Below, piece after piece: positions 23,701 to 37,531 of a DNA stretch of 64,000 nucleotides (positions are counted from its first letter, which is position 1; every line of letters begins with the position of its first letter). The notes under the pieces are model-generated. The model did no database searches. It was not told where the DNA came from and worked only from the letters and a program-made list of their open reading frames with translations. This DNA comes from Paragordius varius (lineage: Eukaryota > Animalia > Nematomorpha). Position numbers and translations under genes: made by a program. The stretch spans positions 3,906,001 through 3,970,000 of the forward strand of contig OZ176055.1 in assembly GCA_964247055.1 (NCBI GenBank). Reading direction: 5' to 3'.

Positions 23701-26700
23701 TTTCAACAGTCAAATAATGTTAACCATTATATAATAAGTATTTCCAAAAATCAACCATCAATTTTCACCAATCAAATAATGTTAACCGTTCTATAATAAG
23801 TATTTCCAACAATCAACCATCACTTTCTACGAATCAAATTATATTTACCGGGCTATAATAAGTATTTCAAACAATCAACCATCAATTTTCAACAATCAAA
23901 TAATATTAACCGTGCTATAATAAGTATTTCCAACAATCAACCATCAATTTTCACCAATCAAATAATGTTAACCGTTCTATAAAAAGTATTCTAACAATCA
24001 ACCATCACTTTTCAACAATCAAATAATGTTAACCGTCCTATAATAAGTATTTCCAACAATCAACCATCAATTTTCACCAATCAAATAATGTTAACCGTTC
24101 TATAATAAGTATTTCCAACAATCAACCATCACTTTCTACGAATCAAATTATATTTACCGGGATATAATAAGTATTTCAAACAATCAACCAATTTCCAACA
24201 ATCAAATAATGTTAACCGTCCTATAATAAGTATTTCCAACAATCAACCATCAATTTTCACCAATCAAATAATGTTAACCGTGCTATAATAAGGATTTCCA
24301 ACAATCAACAACAGTCAAATAATGTTAACCATTCTATAATAAGGATTTCCAACAATCAACCATCACTTTTCAACAATCAAATAATGTTAACCGTCCTATA
24401 ATAAGTATTTCCAACAATCAACCATCACTTTTCAACAATCAAATAATGTTAACCGTGCTTTAATAAGTATTTCCAACAATCAACCATCACTTTTCAACAA
24501 TCAAATAATGTTAACCGTGCTTTAATACGTATTTCCAACAATCAACCATCACTTTTCACCAATCAAATGATGTTAACCGTGCTATAATAAGGATTTCCAA
24601 CAATTAACCATCACTTTTCAACAGTCAAATAATGTTAACCATTCTATAATAAGTATTTCCAACAATCAACCATCACTTTTCAACAATCAAATAATGTTAA
24701 CCGTCCTATAATATGTATTTCCAACAATCAACCATCAATTTTCACCAATCAAATAATGTAAACCGTGCTATAATAAGTATTTCCAACAATCAACCATCAC
24801 TTTTCAACAATCAAATAATGTTAACCGTGCTATAATAAGGATTTCCAACAATCAACCATCACTTTTCAACAGTCAGATAATGTTAACTTTCCAACAATCA
24901 ACCATCACTTTTCAACAATCAAATAATGTTAACCGTCCTATAATAAGTATTTCCAACAATCAACCATCACTTTTCAAAAAATCAAATAATGTTAACCGTG
25001 CTTTAATAAGTATTTCCAACAATCAACCATCAATTTTCACCAATCAAATAATGTTAACCGTGCTATAAAAAGTATTTCCAACAATCAACCATCACTTTTC
25101 AATAGTCAAATAATGTTAACCATTATATAATAAGTATTTCCAACAATCAACCATCATTTTTCAACAATTAAAAAATATTAACGTTCTATAATAAGTATTT
25201 CCAACAATCAACCATCACTTTTCAACAATCAAATAATGTTAACCGTCCTATAATAAGTATTTCCAACAATCAACCATCATTTTTCAACAATTAAATAATA
25301 TTAACCGTTCTATAATAAGTATTTCCAACAATCAACCATCACTTTTCAACAATCAAATAATGTTAACCGTCCTATAATAAGTATTTCCAACAATCAACCA
25401 TCACTTTTCAACAATCAAATAATGTTAACCGTCCTATAATAAGTATTTCCAACAATCAACCATCACTTTTCAAGAATCAAATAATGTTAACCGTCCTATA
25501 ATTAGTATTTCCAACAATCAACCATCACTTTTCAACAATCAAATAATGTTAACCGTCCTATAATAAGTATTTCCAACAATCAACCATCACTTTTCAACAA
25601 TCAAATAATGTTAACCGTGCTATAATAAGGATTTCCAACAATCAACCATCACTTTTCACCAATCAAATAATGTTAACCGTGGTATAAAAAGTATTTCCAA
25701 CAATCAACCATCACTTTTCAACAGTCAAATAATGTTAACCATTATATAATAAGTATTTCCAAAAATCAACCATCCATTTTCACCAATCAAATAATGTTAA
25801 CCGTTCTATAATAAGTATTTCCAACAATTAACCATCGCTTTTCAACAATCAAAAAATGTTAACCGTGCTTTAATAAGTATTTCCAACAATCAACCATCAA
25901 TTTTCACCAATCAAATAATGTTAACCGTGCTATAAAAAGTATTTCCAACAATCAACCATCACTTTTCAATAGTCAAATAATGTTAACCATTATATAATAA
26001 GTATTTCCAACAATCAACCATCATTTTTCAACAATTAAAAAATATTAACCGTTCTATAATAAGTATTTCCAACAATCAACCATCACTTTTCAACAATCAA
26101 ATAATGTTAACCGTCCTATAATAAGTATTTCCAACAATCAACCATCAATTTTCACCAATCAAATAATGTTAACCGTGCTATAATAAGGATTTCCAACAAT
26201 CACCAACAGTCAAATAATGTTAACCATTCTATAATAAGGATTTCCAACAATCAACCATCACTTTTCAACAATCAAATAATGTTAACCGTCCTATAATAAG
26301 TATTTCCAACAATCAACCATCACTTTTCAACAATCAAATAATGTTAACCGTGCTTTAATAAGTATTTCCATAAAACAACCATCACTTTTCAACAATCAAA
26401 TAATGTTAACCGTGCTTTAATACGTATTTCCAACAATCAACCATCACTTTTCACCAATCAAATGATGTTAACCGTGCTATAATAAGGATTTCCAACAATT
26501 AACCATCACTTTTCAACAGTCAAATAATGTTAACCATTCTATAATAAGTATTTCCAACAATCAACCATCACTTTTCAACAATCAAATAATGTTAACCGTC
26601 CTATAATATGTATTTCCAACAATCAACCATCACTTTTCAATAGTCAAATAATGTTAACCATTATATAATAAGTATTTCCAACAATCAACCATCATTTTTC

Positions 26701-29700
26701 AACAATTAAAAAATAACAACGTTCTATAATAAGTATTTCCAACAATCAACCATCACTTTTCAACAATCAAATAATGTTAACCGTCCTATAATAAGTATTT
26801 CCAACAATCAACCATCACTGTTCAACAATCAAATAATGTTAACCGTGCTTTAATAAGTATTTCCAACAATCAACCATCAATTTTCACCAATCAAATAATG
26901 TTAACCGTGGTATAAAAAGTATTTCCAACAATCAACCATCACTTTTCAACAGTCAAATAATGTTAACCATTATATAATAAGTATTTCCAAAAATCAACCA
27001 TCAATTTTCACCAATCAAATAATGTTAACCGTTCTATAATAAGTATTTCCAACAATCAACCATCACTTTTAAACAATCAAATAATGTTAACCGTGCTATA
27101 ATAAATATTTCCAACAATCAACCATCACTTTTCAACAATCAAATAATGTTAACCGTCCTATGATAAGTATTTCCAACAATCAACCATCAATTTTCACCAA
27201 TCAAATAATGTTAACCGTTCTATAAAAAGTATTCTAACAATCAACCATCACTTTTCAACAATCAAATAATGTTAACCGTCCTATAATAAGTATTTCCAAC
27301 AATCAACCATCAATTTTCACCAATCAAATAATGTTTACCGTTTTATAATAAGTATTTCCAACAATCAACCATCACTTTCTACGAATCAAATTATATTTAC
27401 CGGGATATAATAAGTATTTCCAACAATCAACCATCACTTTTCAACAATCAAATAATGTTAACCGTGCTTTAATAAATATTTCCATCAATCAACCATCACT
27501 TTTCAACAATCAAATAATGTTAACCGTGCTTTAATACGTATTTCCAACAATCAACCATCACTTTTCACCAATCAAATGATGTTAACCGTGCTATAATAAG
27601 GATTTCCAACAATCAACCATCACTTTTCAACAGTCAAATAATGTTAACCATTCTATAATAAGTATTTCCAACAATCAACCATCACTTTTCAACAATCAAA
27701 TAATGTTAACCGTCCTATAATAAGTATTTCCAACAATCAACCATCAATTTTCACCAATCAAATAATGTTAACCGTGCTATAATAAGTATTTCCAACAATC
27801 AACCATCACTTTTCAACAATCAAATAATGTTAACCGTGCTATAATAAGGATTTCCAACAATCAACCATCACTTTTCAACAGTCAAATAATGTTAACCATT
27901 CTATAATAAGTATTTCCAACAATCAACCATCACTTTTCAACAATCAAATAATGTTAACCGTCCTATAATAAGTATTTCCAACAATCAACCATCACTTTTC
28001 ACCAATCAAATAATGTTAACCGTGCTTTAATAAGTATTTCCAACAATCAACCATCACTTTTCAACAATCAAATAATGTTAACCGTCCTATGATAAGTATT
28101 TCCAACCATCACTTTTCACCAATCAAATAATGTTAACCGTGCTTTAATAAGTATTTCCAACAATCAACCATCACTTTTCAACAGTCAAATAATGTTAACC
28201 ATTCTATAATAAGTATTTCCAACAATCAACCATCACTTTTCAACAATCAAATAATGTTAACCGTCCTATAATAAGTATTTCCAACAATCAACCATCACTT
28301 TTCACCAATCAAATAATGTTAACCGTGCTTTAATAAGTATTTCCAACAATCAACCATCACTTTTCAACAATCAAATAATGTTAACCGTCCTATAATATGT
28401 ATTTCCAACAATCAACCATCACTTTTCAATAGTCAAATAATGTTAACCATTATATAATAAGTATTTCCAACAATCAACCATCATTTTTCAACAATTAAAA
28501 AATAACAACGTTCTATAATAAGTATTTCCAACAATCAACCATCACTTTTCAACAATCAAATAATGTTAACCGTCCTATAATAAGTATTTCCAACAATCAA
28601 CCATCACTGTTCAACAATCAAATAATGTTAACCGTGCTTTAATAAGTATTTCCAACAATCAACCATCAATTTTCACCAATCAAATAATGTTAACCGTGGT
28701 ATAAAAAGTATTTCCAACAATCAACCATCACTTTTCAACAGTCAAATAATGTTAACCATTATATAATAAGTATTTCCAAAAATCAACCATCAATTTTCAC
28801 CAATCAAATAATGTTAACCGTTCTATAATAAGTATTTCCAACAATCAACCATCACTTTTAAACAATCAAATAATGTTAACCGTGCTATAATAAATATTTC
28901 CAACAATCAACCATCACTTTTCAACAATCAAATAATGTTAACCGTCCTATGATAAGTATTTCCAACAATCAACCATCAATTTTCACCAATCAAATAATGT
29001 TAACCGTTCTATAAAAAGTATTCTAACAATCAACCATCACTTTTCAACAATCAAATAATGTTAACCGTCCTATAATAAGTATTTCCAACAATCAACCATC
29101 AATTTTCACCAATCAAATAATGTTTACCGTTTTATAATAAGTATTTCCAACAATCAACCATCACTTTCTACGAATCAAATTATATTTACCGGGATATAAT
29201 AAGTATTTCCAACAATCAACCATCACTTTTCAACAATCAAATAATGTTAACCGTGCTTTAATAAATATTTCCAACAATCAACCATCACTTTTCAACAATC
29301 AAATAATGTTAACCGTGCTTTAATACGTATTTCCAACAATCAACCATCACTTTTCACCAATCAAATGATGTTAACCGTGCTATAATAAGGATTTCCAACA
29401 ATCAACCATCACTTTTCAACAGTCAAATAATGTTAACCATTCTATAATAAGTATTTCCAACAATCAACCATCACTTTTCAACAATCAAATAATGTTAACC
29501 GTCCTATAATAAGTATTTCCAACAATCAACCATCAATTTTCACCAATCAAATAATGTTAACCGTGCTATAATAAGTATTTCCAACAATCAACCATCACTT
29601 TTCAACAATCAAATAATGTTAACCGTGCTATAATAAGGATTTCCAACAATCAACCATCACTTTTCAACAGTCAAATAATGTTAACCATTCTATAATAAGT

Positions 29701-32700
29701 ATTTCCAACAATCAACCATCACTTTTCAACAATCAAATAATGTTAACCGTCCTATAATAAGTATTTCCAACAATCAACCATCACTTTTCACCAATCAAAT
29801 AATGTTAACCGTGCTTTAATAAGTATTTCCAACAATCAACCATCACTTTTCAACAATCAAATAATGTTAACCGTCCTATGATAAGTATTTCCAACCATCA
29901 CTTTTCACCAATCAAATAATGTTAACCGTGCTTTAATAAGTATTTCCAACAATCAACCATCACTTTTCAACAATCAAATAATGTTAACCGTGCTATAATA
30001 AGGATTTCCAACAATCAACCATCACTTTTCAACAGTCAAATAATGTTAACCATTCTATAATAAGTATTTCCAACAATCAACCATCACTTTTCACCAATCA
30101 AATAATGTTAACCGTGCTTTAATAAGTATTTCCAACAATCAATAATCACTTTTCAACAATCAAATAATGTTAACCGTGCTTTAATAAGTATTTCCAACAA
30201 TCAACCATCACTTTTCAACAATCAAATAATGTTAACCGTGCTATAATAAGGATTTCCAACAATCAACCATTACTTTTCAACAGTCAAATAATGTTAACCA
30301 TTCTATAATAAGTATTTCCAACAATCAACCATCACTTTTCACCAATCAAATAATGTTAACCGTGCTTTAATAAGTATTTCCAACAATCAATAATCACTTT
30401 TCAACAATCAAATAATGTTAACCGTCCTATGATAAGTATTTCCAACCATCACTTTTCACCAATCAAATAATGTTAACCGTGCTTTAATAAGTTTTTCAAC
30501 AATCAAATAATATTAACCGTTCTATAATAAGTATTTCCAACAATCAACCATCACTTTTCAACAATCAAATAATGTTAACCGTCCTATAATAAGTATTTCC
30601 AACAATCAACCATCACTTTTCACCAATCAAATAATGTTAACCGTGCTTTAATAAGTATTTCCAACAATCAACCATCACTTTTCAACAATCAAATAATGTT
30701 AACCGTGCTATAATAAGGATTTCCAACAATCAACCATCACTTTTCAACAGTCAAATAATGTTAACCATTCTATAATAAGTATTTCCAACAATCAACCATC
30801 AATTTTCACCAATCAAATAATGTTAACCGTTCTATAATAAGTATTTCCAACAATTAACCATCGCTTTTCAACAATCAAAAAATGTTAACCGTGCTTTAAT
30901 AAGTATTTCCAACAATCAACCAACAATTTTCACCAATCAAATAATGTTAACCGTGCTATAAAAAGTATTTCCAACAATCAACCATCACTTTTCAATAGTC
31001 AAATAATGTTAACCATTATATAATAAGTATTTCCAACAATCAACCATCATTTTTCAACAATTAAAAAATATTAACCGTTCTATAATAAGTATTTCCAACA
31101 ATCAACCATCACTTTTCAACAATCAAATAATGTTAACCGTCCTATAATAAGTATTTCCAACAATCAACCATCACTGTTCAACAATCAAATAATGTTAACC
31201 GTGCTTTAATAAGTATTTCCAACAATCAACCATCAATTTTCACCAATCAAATAATGTTAACCGTGGTATAAAAAGTATTTCCAACAATCAACCATCACTT
31301 TTCAACAGTCAAATAATGTTAACCATTATATAATAAGTATTTCCAAAAATCAACCATCAATTTTCACCAATCAAATAATGTTAACCGTTCTATAATAAGT
31401 ATTTCCAACAATCAACCATCACTTTCTACGAATCAAATTATATTTACCGGGTTATAATAAGTATTTCAAACAATCAACCATCAATTTTCAACAATCAAAT
31501 AATATTAACCGTGCTATAATAAGTATTTCCAACAATCAACCATCAATTTTCACCAATCAAATAATGTTAACCGTTCTATAAAAAGTATTCTAACAATCAA
31601 CCATCACTTTTCAACAATCAAATAATGTTAACCGTCCTATAATAAGTATTTCCAACAATCAACCATCAATTTTCACCAATCAAATAATTTTAACCGTTCT
31701 ATAATAAGTATTTCCAACAATCAACCATCACTTTCTACGAATCAAATTATATTTACCGGGATATAATAAGTATTTCAAACAATCAACCAATTTCCAACAA
31801 TCAAATAATGTTAACCGTCCTATAATAAGTATTTCCAACAATCAACCATCAATTTTCACCAATCAAATAATGTTAACCGTGCTATAATAAGGATTTCCAA
31901 CAATCAACAACAGTCAAATAATGTTAACCATTCTATAATAAGGATTTCCAACAATCAACCATCACTTTTCAACAATCAAATAATGTTAACCGTCCTATAA
32001 TAAGTATTTCCAACAATCAACCATCACTTTTCAACAATCAAATAATGTTAACCGTGCTTTAATAAGTATTTCCAACAATCAACCATCACTTTTCAACAAT
32101 CAAATAATGTTAACCGTGCTTTAATACGTATTTCCAACAATCAACCATCACTTTTCACCAATCAAATGATGTTAACCGTGCTATAATAAGGATTTCCAAC
32201 AATTAACCATCACTTTTCAACAGTCAAATAATGTTAACCATTCTATAATAAGTATTTCCAACAATCAACCATCACTTTTCAACAATCAAATAATGTTAAC
32301 CGTCCTATAATATGTATTTCCAACAATCAACCATCAATTTTCACCAATCAAATAATGTAAACCGTGCTATAATAAGTATTTCCAACAATCAACCATCACT
32401 TTTCAACAATCAAATAATGTTAACCGTGCTATAATAAGGATTTCCAACAATCAACCATCACTTTTCAACAGTCAGATAATGTTAACTTTCCAACAATCAA
32501 CCATCACTTTTCAACAATCAAATAATGTTAACCGTCCTATAATAAGTATTTCCAACAATCAACCATCACTTTTCAAAAAATCAAATAATGTTAACCGTGC
32601 TTTAATAAGTATTTCCAACAATCAACCATCAATTTTCACCAATCAAATAATGTTAACCGTGCTATAAAAAGTATTTCCAACAATCAACCATCACTTTTCA

Positions 32701-35700
32701 ATAGTCAAATAATGTTAACCATTATATAATAAGTATTTCCAACAATCAACCATCATTTTTCAACAATTAAAAAATATTAACGTTCTATAATAAGTATTTC
32801 CAACAATCAACCATCACTTTTCAACAATCAAATAATGTTAACCGTCCTATAATAAGTATTTCCAACAATCAACCATCATTTTTCAACAATTAAATAATAT
32901 TAACCGTTCTATAATAAGTATTTCCAACAATCAACCATCACTTTTCAACAATCAAATAATGTTAACCGTCCTATAATAAGTATTTCCAACAATCAACCAT
33001 CACTTTTCAACAATCAAATAATGTTAACCGTCCTATAATAAGTATTTCCAACAATCAACCATCACTTTTCAAGAATCAAATAATGTTAACCGTCCTATAA
33101 TTAGTATTTCCAACAATCAACCATCACTTTTCAACAATCAAATAATGTTAACCGTCCTATAATAAGTATTTCCAACAATCAACCATCACTTTTCAACAAT
33201 CAAATAATGTTAACCGTGCTATAATAAGGATTTCCAACAATCAACCATCACTTTTCACCAATCAAATAATGTTAACCGTGGTATAAAAAGTATTTCCAAC
33301 AATCAACCATCACTTTTCAACAGTCAAATAATGTTAACCATTATATAATAAGTATTTCCAAAAATCAACCATCCATTTTCACCAATCAAATAATGTTAAC
33401 CGTTCTATAATAAGTATTTCCAACAATTAACCATCGCTTTTCAACAATCAAAAAATGTTAACCGTGCTTTAATAAGTATTTCCAACAATCAACCATCAAT
33501 TTTCACCAATCAAATAATGTTAACCGTGCTATAAAAAGTATTTCCAACAATCAACCATCACTTTTCAATAGTCAAATAATGTTAACCATTATATAATAAG
33601 TATTTCCAACAATCAACCATCATTTTTCAACAATTAAAAAATATTAACCGTTCTATAATAAGTATTTCCAACAATCAACCATCACTTTTCAACAATCAAA
33701 TAATGTTAACCGTCCTATAATAAGTATTTCCAACAATCAACCATCAATTTTCACCAATCAAATAATGTTAACCGTGCTATAATAAGGATTTCCAACAATC
33801 ACCAACAGTCAAATAATGTTAACCATTCTATAATAAGGATTTCCAACAATCAACCATCACTTTTCAACAATCAAATAATGTTAACCGTCCTATAATAAGT
33901 ATTTCCAACAATCAACCATCACTTTTCAACAATCAAATAATGTTAACCGTGCTTTAATAAGTATTTCCAACAATCAACCATCACTTTTCAACAATCAAAT
34001 AATGTTAACCGTGCTTTAATACGTATTTCCAACAATCAACCATCACTTTTCACCAATCAAATGATGTTAACCGTGCTATAATAAGGATTTCCAACAATTA
34101 ACCATCACTTTTCAACAGTCAAATAATGTTAACCATTCTATAATAAGTATTTCCAACAATCAACCATCACTTTTCAACAATCAAATAATGTTAACCGTCC
34201 TATAATATGTATTTCCAACAATCAACCATCACTTTTCAATAGTCAAATAATGTTAACCATTATATAATAAGTATTTCCAACAATCAACCATCATTTTTCA
34301 ACAATTAAAAAATAACAACGTTCTATAATAAGTATTTCCAACAATCAACCATCACTTTTCAACAATCAAATAATGTTAACCGTCCTATAATAAGTATTTC
34401 CAACAATCAACCATCACTGTTCAACAATCAAATAATGTTAACCGTGCTTTAATAAGTATTTCCAACAATCAACCATCAATTTTCACCAATCAAATAATGT
34501 TAACCGTGGTATAAAAAGTATTTCCAACAATCAACCATCACTTTTCAACAGTCAAATAATGTTAACCATTATATAATAAGTATTTCCAAAAATCAACCAT
34601 CAATTTTCACCAATCAAATAATGTTAACCGTTCTATAATAAGTATTTCCAACAATCAACCATCACTTTCTACGAATCAAATTATATTTACCGGGATATAA
34701 TAAGTATTTCAAACAATCAACCAATTTTCAACAATCAAATAATGTTAACCGTCCTATAATAAGTATTTCCAACAATCAACCATCAATTTTCACCAATCAA
34801 ATAATGTTAACCGTGCTATAATAAGGATTTCCAACAATCAACAACAGTCAAATAATGTTAACCATTCTATAATAAGGATTTCCAACAATCAACCATCACT
34901 TTTCAACAATCAAATAATGTTAACCGTCCTATAATAAGTATTTCCAACAATCAACCATCACTTTTCAACAATCAAATAATGTTAACCGTGCTTTAATAAG
35001 TATTTCCAACAATCAACCATCACTTTTCAACAATCAAATAATGTTAACCGTGCTTTAATACGTATTTCCAACAATCAACCATCACTTTTCACCAATCAAA
35101 TGATGTTAACCGTGCTATAATAATGATTTCCAACAATTAACCATCACTTTTCAACAGTCAAATAATGTTAACCATTCTATAATAAGTATTTCCAACAATC
35201 AACCATCACTTTTCAACAATCAAATAATGTTAACCGTCCTATAATATGTATTTCCAACAATCAACCATCAATTTTCACCAATCAAATAATGTAAACCGTG
35301 CTATAATAAGGATTTCCAACAATCAACCATCACTTTTCAACAGTCAGATAATGTTAACTTTCCAACAATCAACCATCACTTTTCAACAATCAAATAATGT
35401 TAACCGTCCTATAATAAGTATTTCCAACAATCAACCATCACTTTTCAAAAAATCAAATAATGTTAACCGTGCTTTAATAAGTATTTCCAACAATCAACCA
35501 TCAATTTTCACCAATCAAATAATGTTAACCGTGCTATAAAAAGTATTTCCAACAATCAACCATCACTTTTCAATAGTCAAATAATGTTAACCATTATATA
35601 ATAAGTATTTCCAACAATCAACCATCATTTTTCAACAATTAAAAAATATTAACGTTCTATAATAAGTATTTCCAACAATCAACCATCACTTTTCAACAAT

Positions 35701-36450
35701 CAAATAATGTTAACCGTCCTATAATAAGTATTTCCAACAATCAACCATCATTTTTCAACAATTAAATAATATTAACCGTTCTATAATAAGTATTTCCAAC
35801 AATCAACCATCACTTTTCAACAATCAAATAATGTTAACCGTCCTATAATAAGTATTTCCAACAATCAACCATCACTTTTCAAGAATCAAATAATGTTAAC
35901 CGTCCTATGATTAGTATTTCCAACAATCAACCATCACTTTTCAACAATCAAAAAATGGTTACCGTGCTTTAATAAGTATTTCCAACAATCAACCATCAAT
36001 TTTCACCAATCAAATAATGTTAACCGTGCTATAAAAAGTATTTCCAACAATCAACCATCACTTTTCAACAGTCAAATAATGTTAACCATTATATAATAAG
36101 TATTTCCAACAATCAACCATCATTTTTCAACAATTAAATAATATTAACCGTTCTATAATAAGTATTTCCAACAATCAACCATCACTTTCTACGAAGCAAA
36201 TTATATTTACCGGGCTATAATAAGTATTTCCAACAATCAACCATCACTTTTCAACAATCAAATAATATTAACCGTGCTATAATAAGTATTTCCAACAATC
36301 AACCATCAATTTTCACCAATCAAATAATGTTAACCGTGCTATAAAAAGTATTTCCAACAATCAACCATCACTTTTCAACAGTCAAATAATGTTAACCATT
36401 ATATAATAAGTATTTCCAACAATCAACCATCACTTTTCAACAATCAAATA
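17764..36450. repeat. Satellite DNA array, ~300 copies of a 62-bp monomer (consensus AACCGTGCTATAATAAGTATTTCCAACAATCAACCATCACTTTTCAACAATCAAATAATGTT), with higher-order structure
   Basis: Direct reading. The monomer is a 41-bp plus a 21-bp subunit, both starting TTT(C/T)CAACAATCAA. The + strand is strongly G-poor. Degenerate precursor-like sequence starts ~17190; the right end at ~36450 is abrupt. Confidence 0.98.
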
Positions 36451-36965
36451 AGATTTTTCGATTTTTATAATATCTTGTATAAATTTGCTATGAATTAAAA
36501 AATGTTATAGAAATTTATAAATGATGTAGATTTATGTTTGTCAATTAAACAACCGAAAAGTGTTATTCCGAAGAAACTATATTAACATTTAGGGTTAATG
36601 TCATTTAGCCATTGTATGATGTGAACGAATGCATGTCATTCCGAATTAATCATTTAAAAAAAATTTCCATTTATAATCGTGTACTGTTAGACCACCAGCC
36701 AGTTAAATTAATTTATTTTTATATCGGTGGAAGTAATAATGTATAAAATACAAGTTGCCAAGGCATTTAACGATATTTTAAGATTTTATGTCTATTATTG
36801 TGTTTTTAATATAGATTAAATATTTCACAGTTTTTATAACATATATTACAATTCCAAAAAAAGCCCTTGACTGAATTCTGGATAGAAGCTAGAACTGAAT
36901 TTCCCACAATCGCCAATATAAATGTACTTCTGCCATTCAATACCATAGAATGTGAATTTAAGTCA

Positions 36966-37064
36966 AGATAGTAAGACGGTAAGATAGTAAGACGGTAAGA
37001 CAGTAAGATAGTAAGACGGTAAGACAGTAAGATAGTAAGACAGTAAGCATAAGACAGTAAGATA
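36966..37064 (+). repeat. ~12 copies of 8-bp GTAAGA(CG/TA/CA) at the outer end of the left arm
   Basis: Direct reading. Confidence 0.95.
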
Positions 37065-37531
37065 TTTGTATAAAAAACATACATTCGTGATAAGTCTGCT
37101 AATAGGAGACTTATCAAAATTTCAAAGTATTATAACTTGAAAAATATTGCATCTTTTTGAATTCTGTAAACTGGAGGATTGAAAGTCAGGTATCCTTTAC
37201 AAATAATATATAGGGTTGAATGAAAATGCGTAATTCTTTCGACACGAAACTGAGTTTACTAAACACCTCCAAAAATTGTATAAATCTTAAAAAATATATA
37301 AAAAATCTTGGGTATTATAGAAGAAAATGGCATCTATACCATTGTTTCTTATTTGGTAAATATTTTTTTTATATTTTTACAGTTTTAACAATTTTTTTTA
37401 AAAAAATTGTACTTCATGGTTCTGACAACAACAAAAATAAATATAGCTAAATATTATTATAATAAATTTGAATTTTGTATTCTAAAATCAGCTTTTAACC
37501 CGATAATAACCGTTTTCCCCTAAAATTTTAC

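Noticed and set aside
17706-35539. ORFs inside the satellite (17706, 19154, 24880, 32479, 35246)
   Set aside because: These are chance open stretches of a 62-bp, non-triplet, G-poor repeat; the identical ORFs only reflect array duplications.
17764-36450. CRISPR-like look (constant repeat plus variable part)
   Set aside because: The variable parts are point variants of one sequence rather than unique spacers; the context is eukaryotic and there are no cas genes.
36806-37117. 103-aa ORF with repeated LTILLSYR
   Set aside because: It is the antisense translation of the 8-bp GTAAGAYR array.
37220-37450. 76-aa ORF duplicated at 39883-40113
   Set aside because: The duplication follows from the palindrome; composition is AT-driven and I see no Myb/SANT or other motif.
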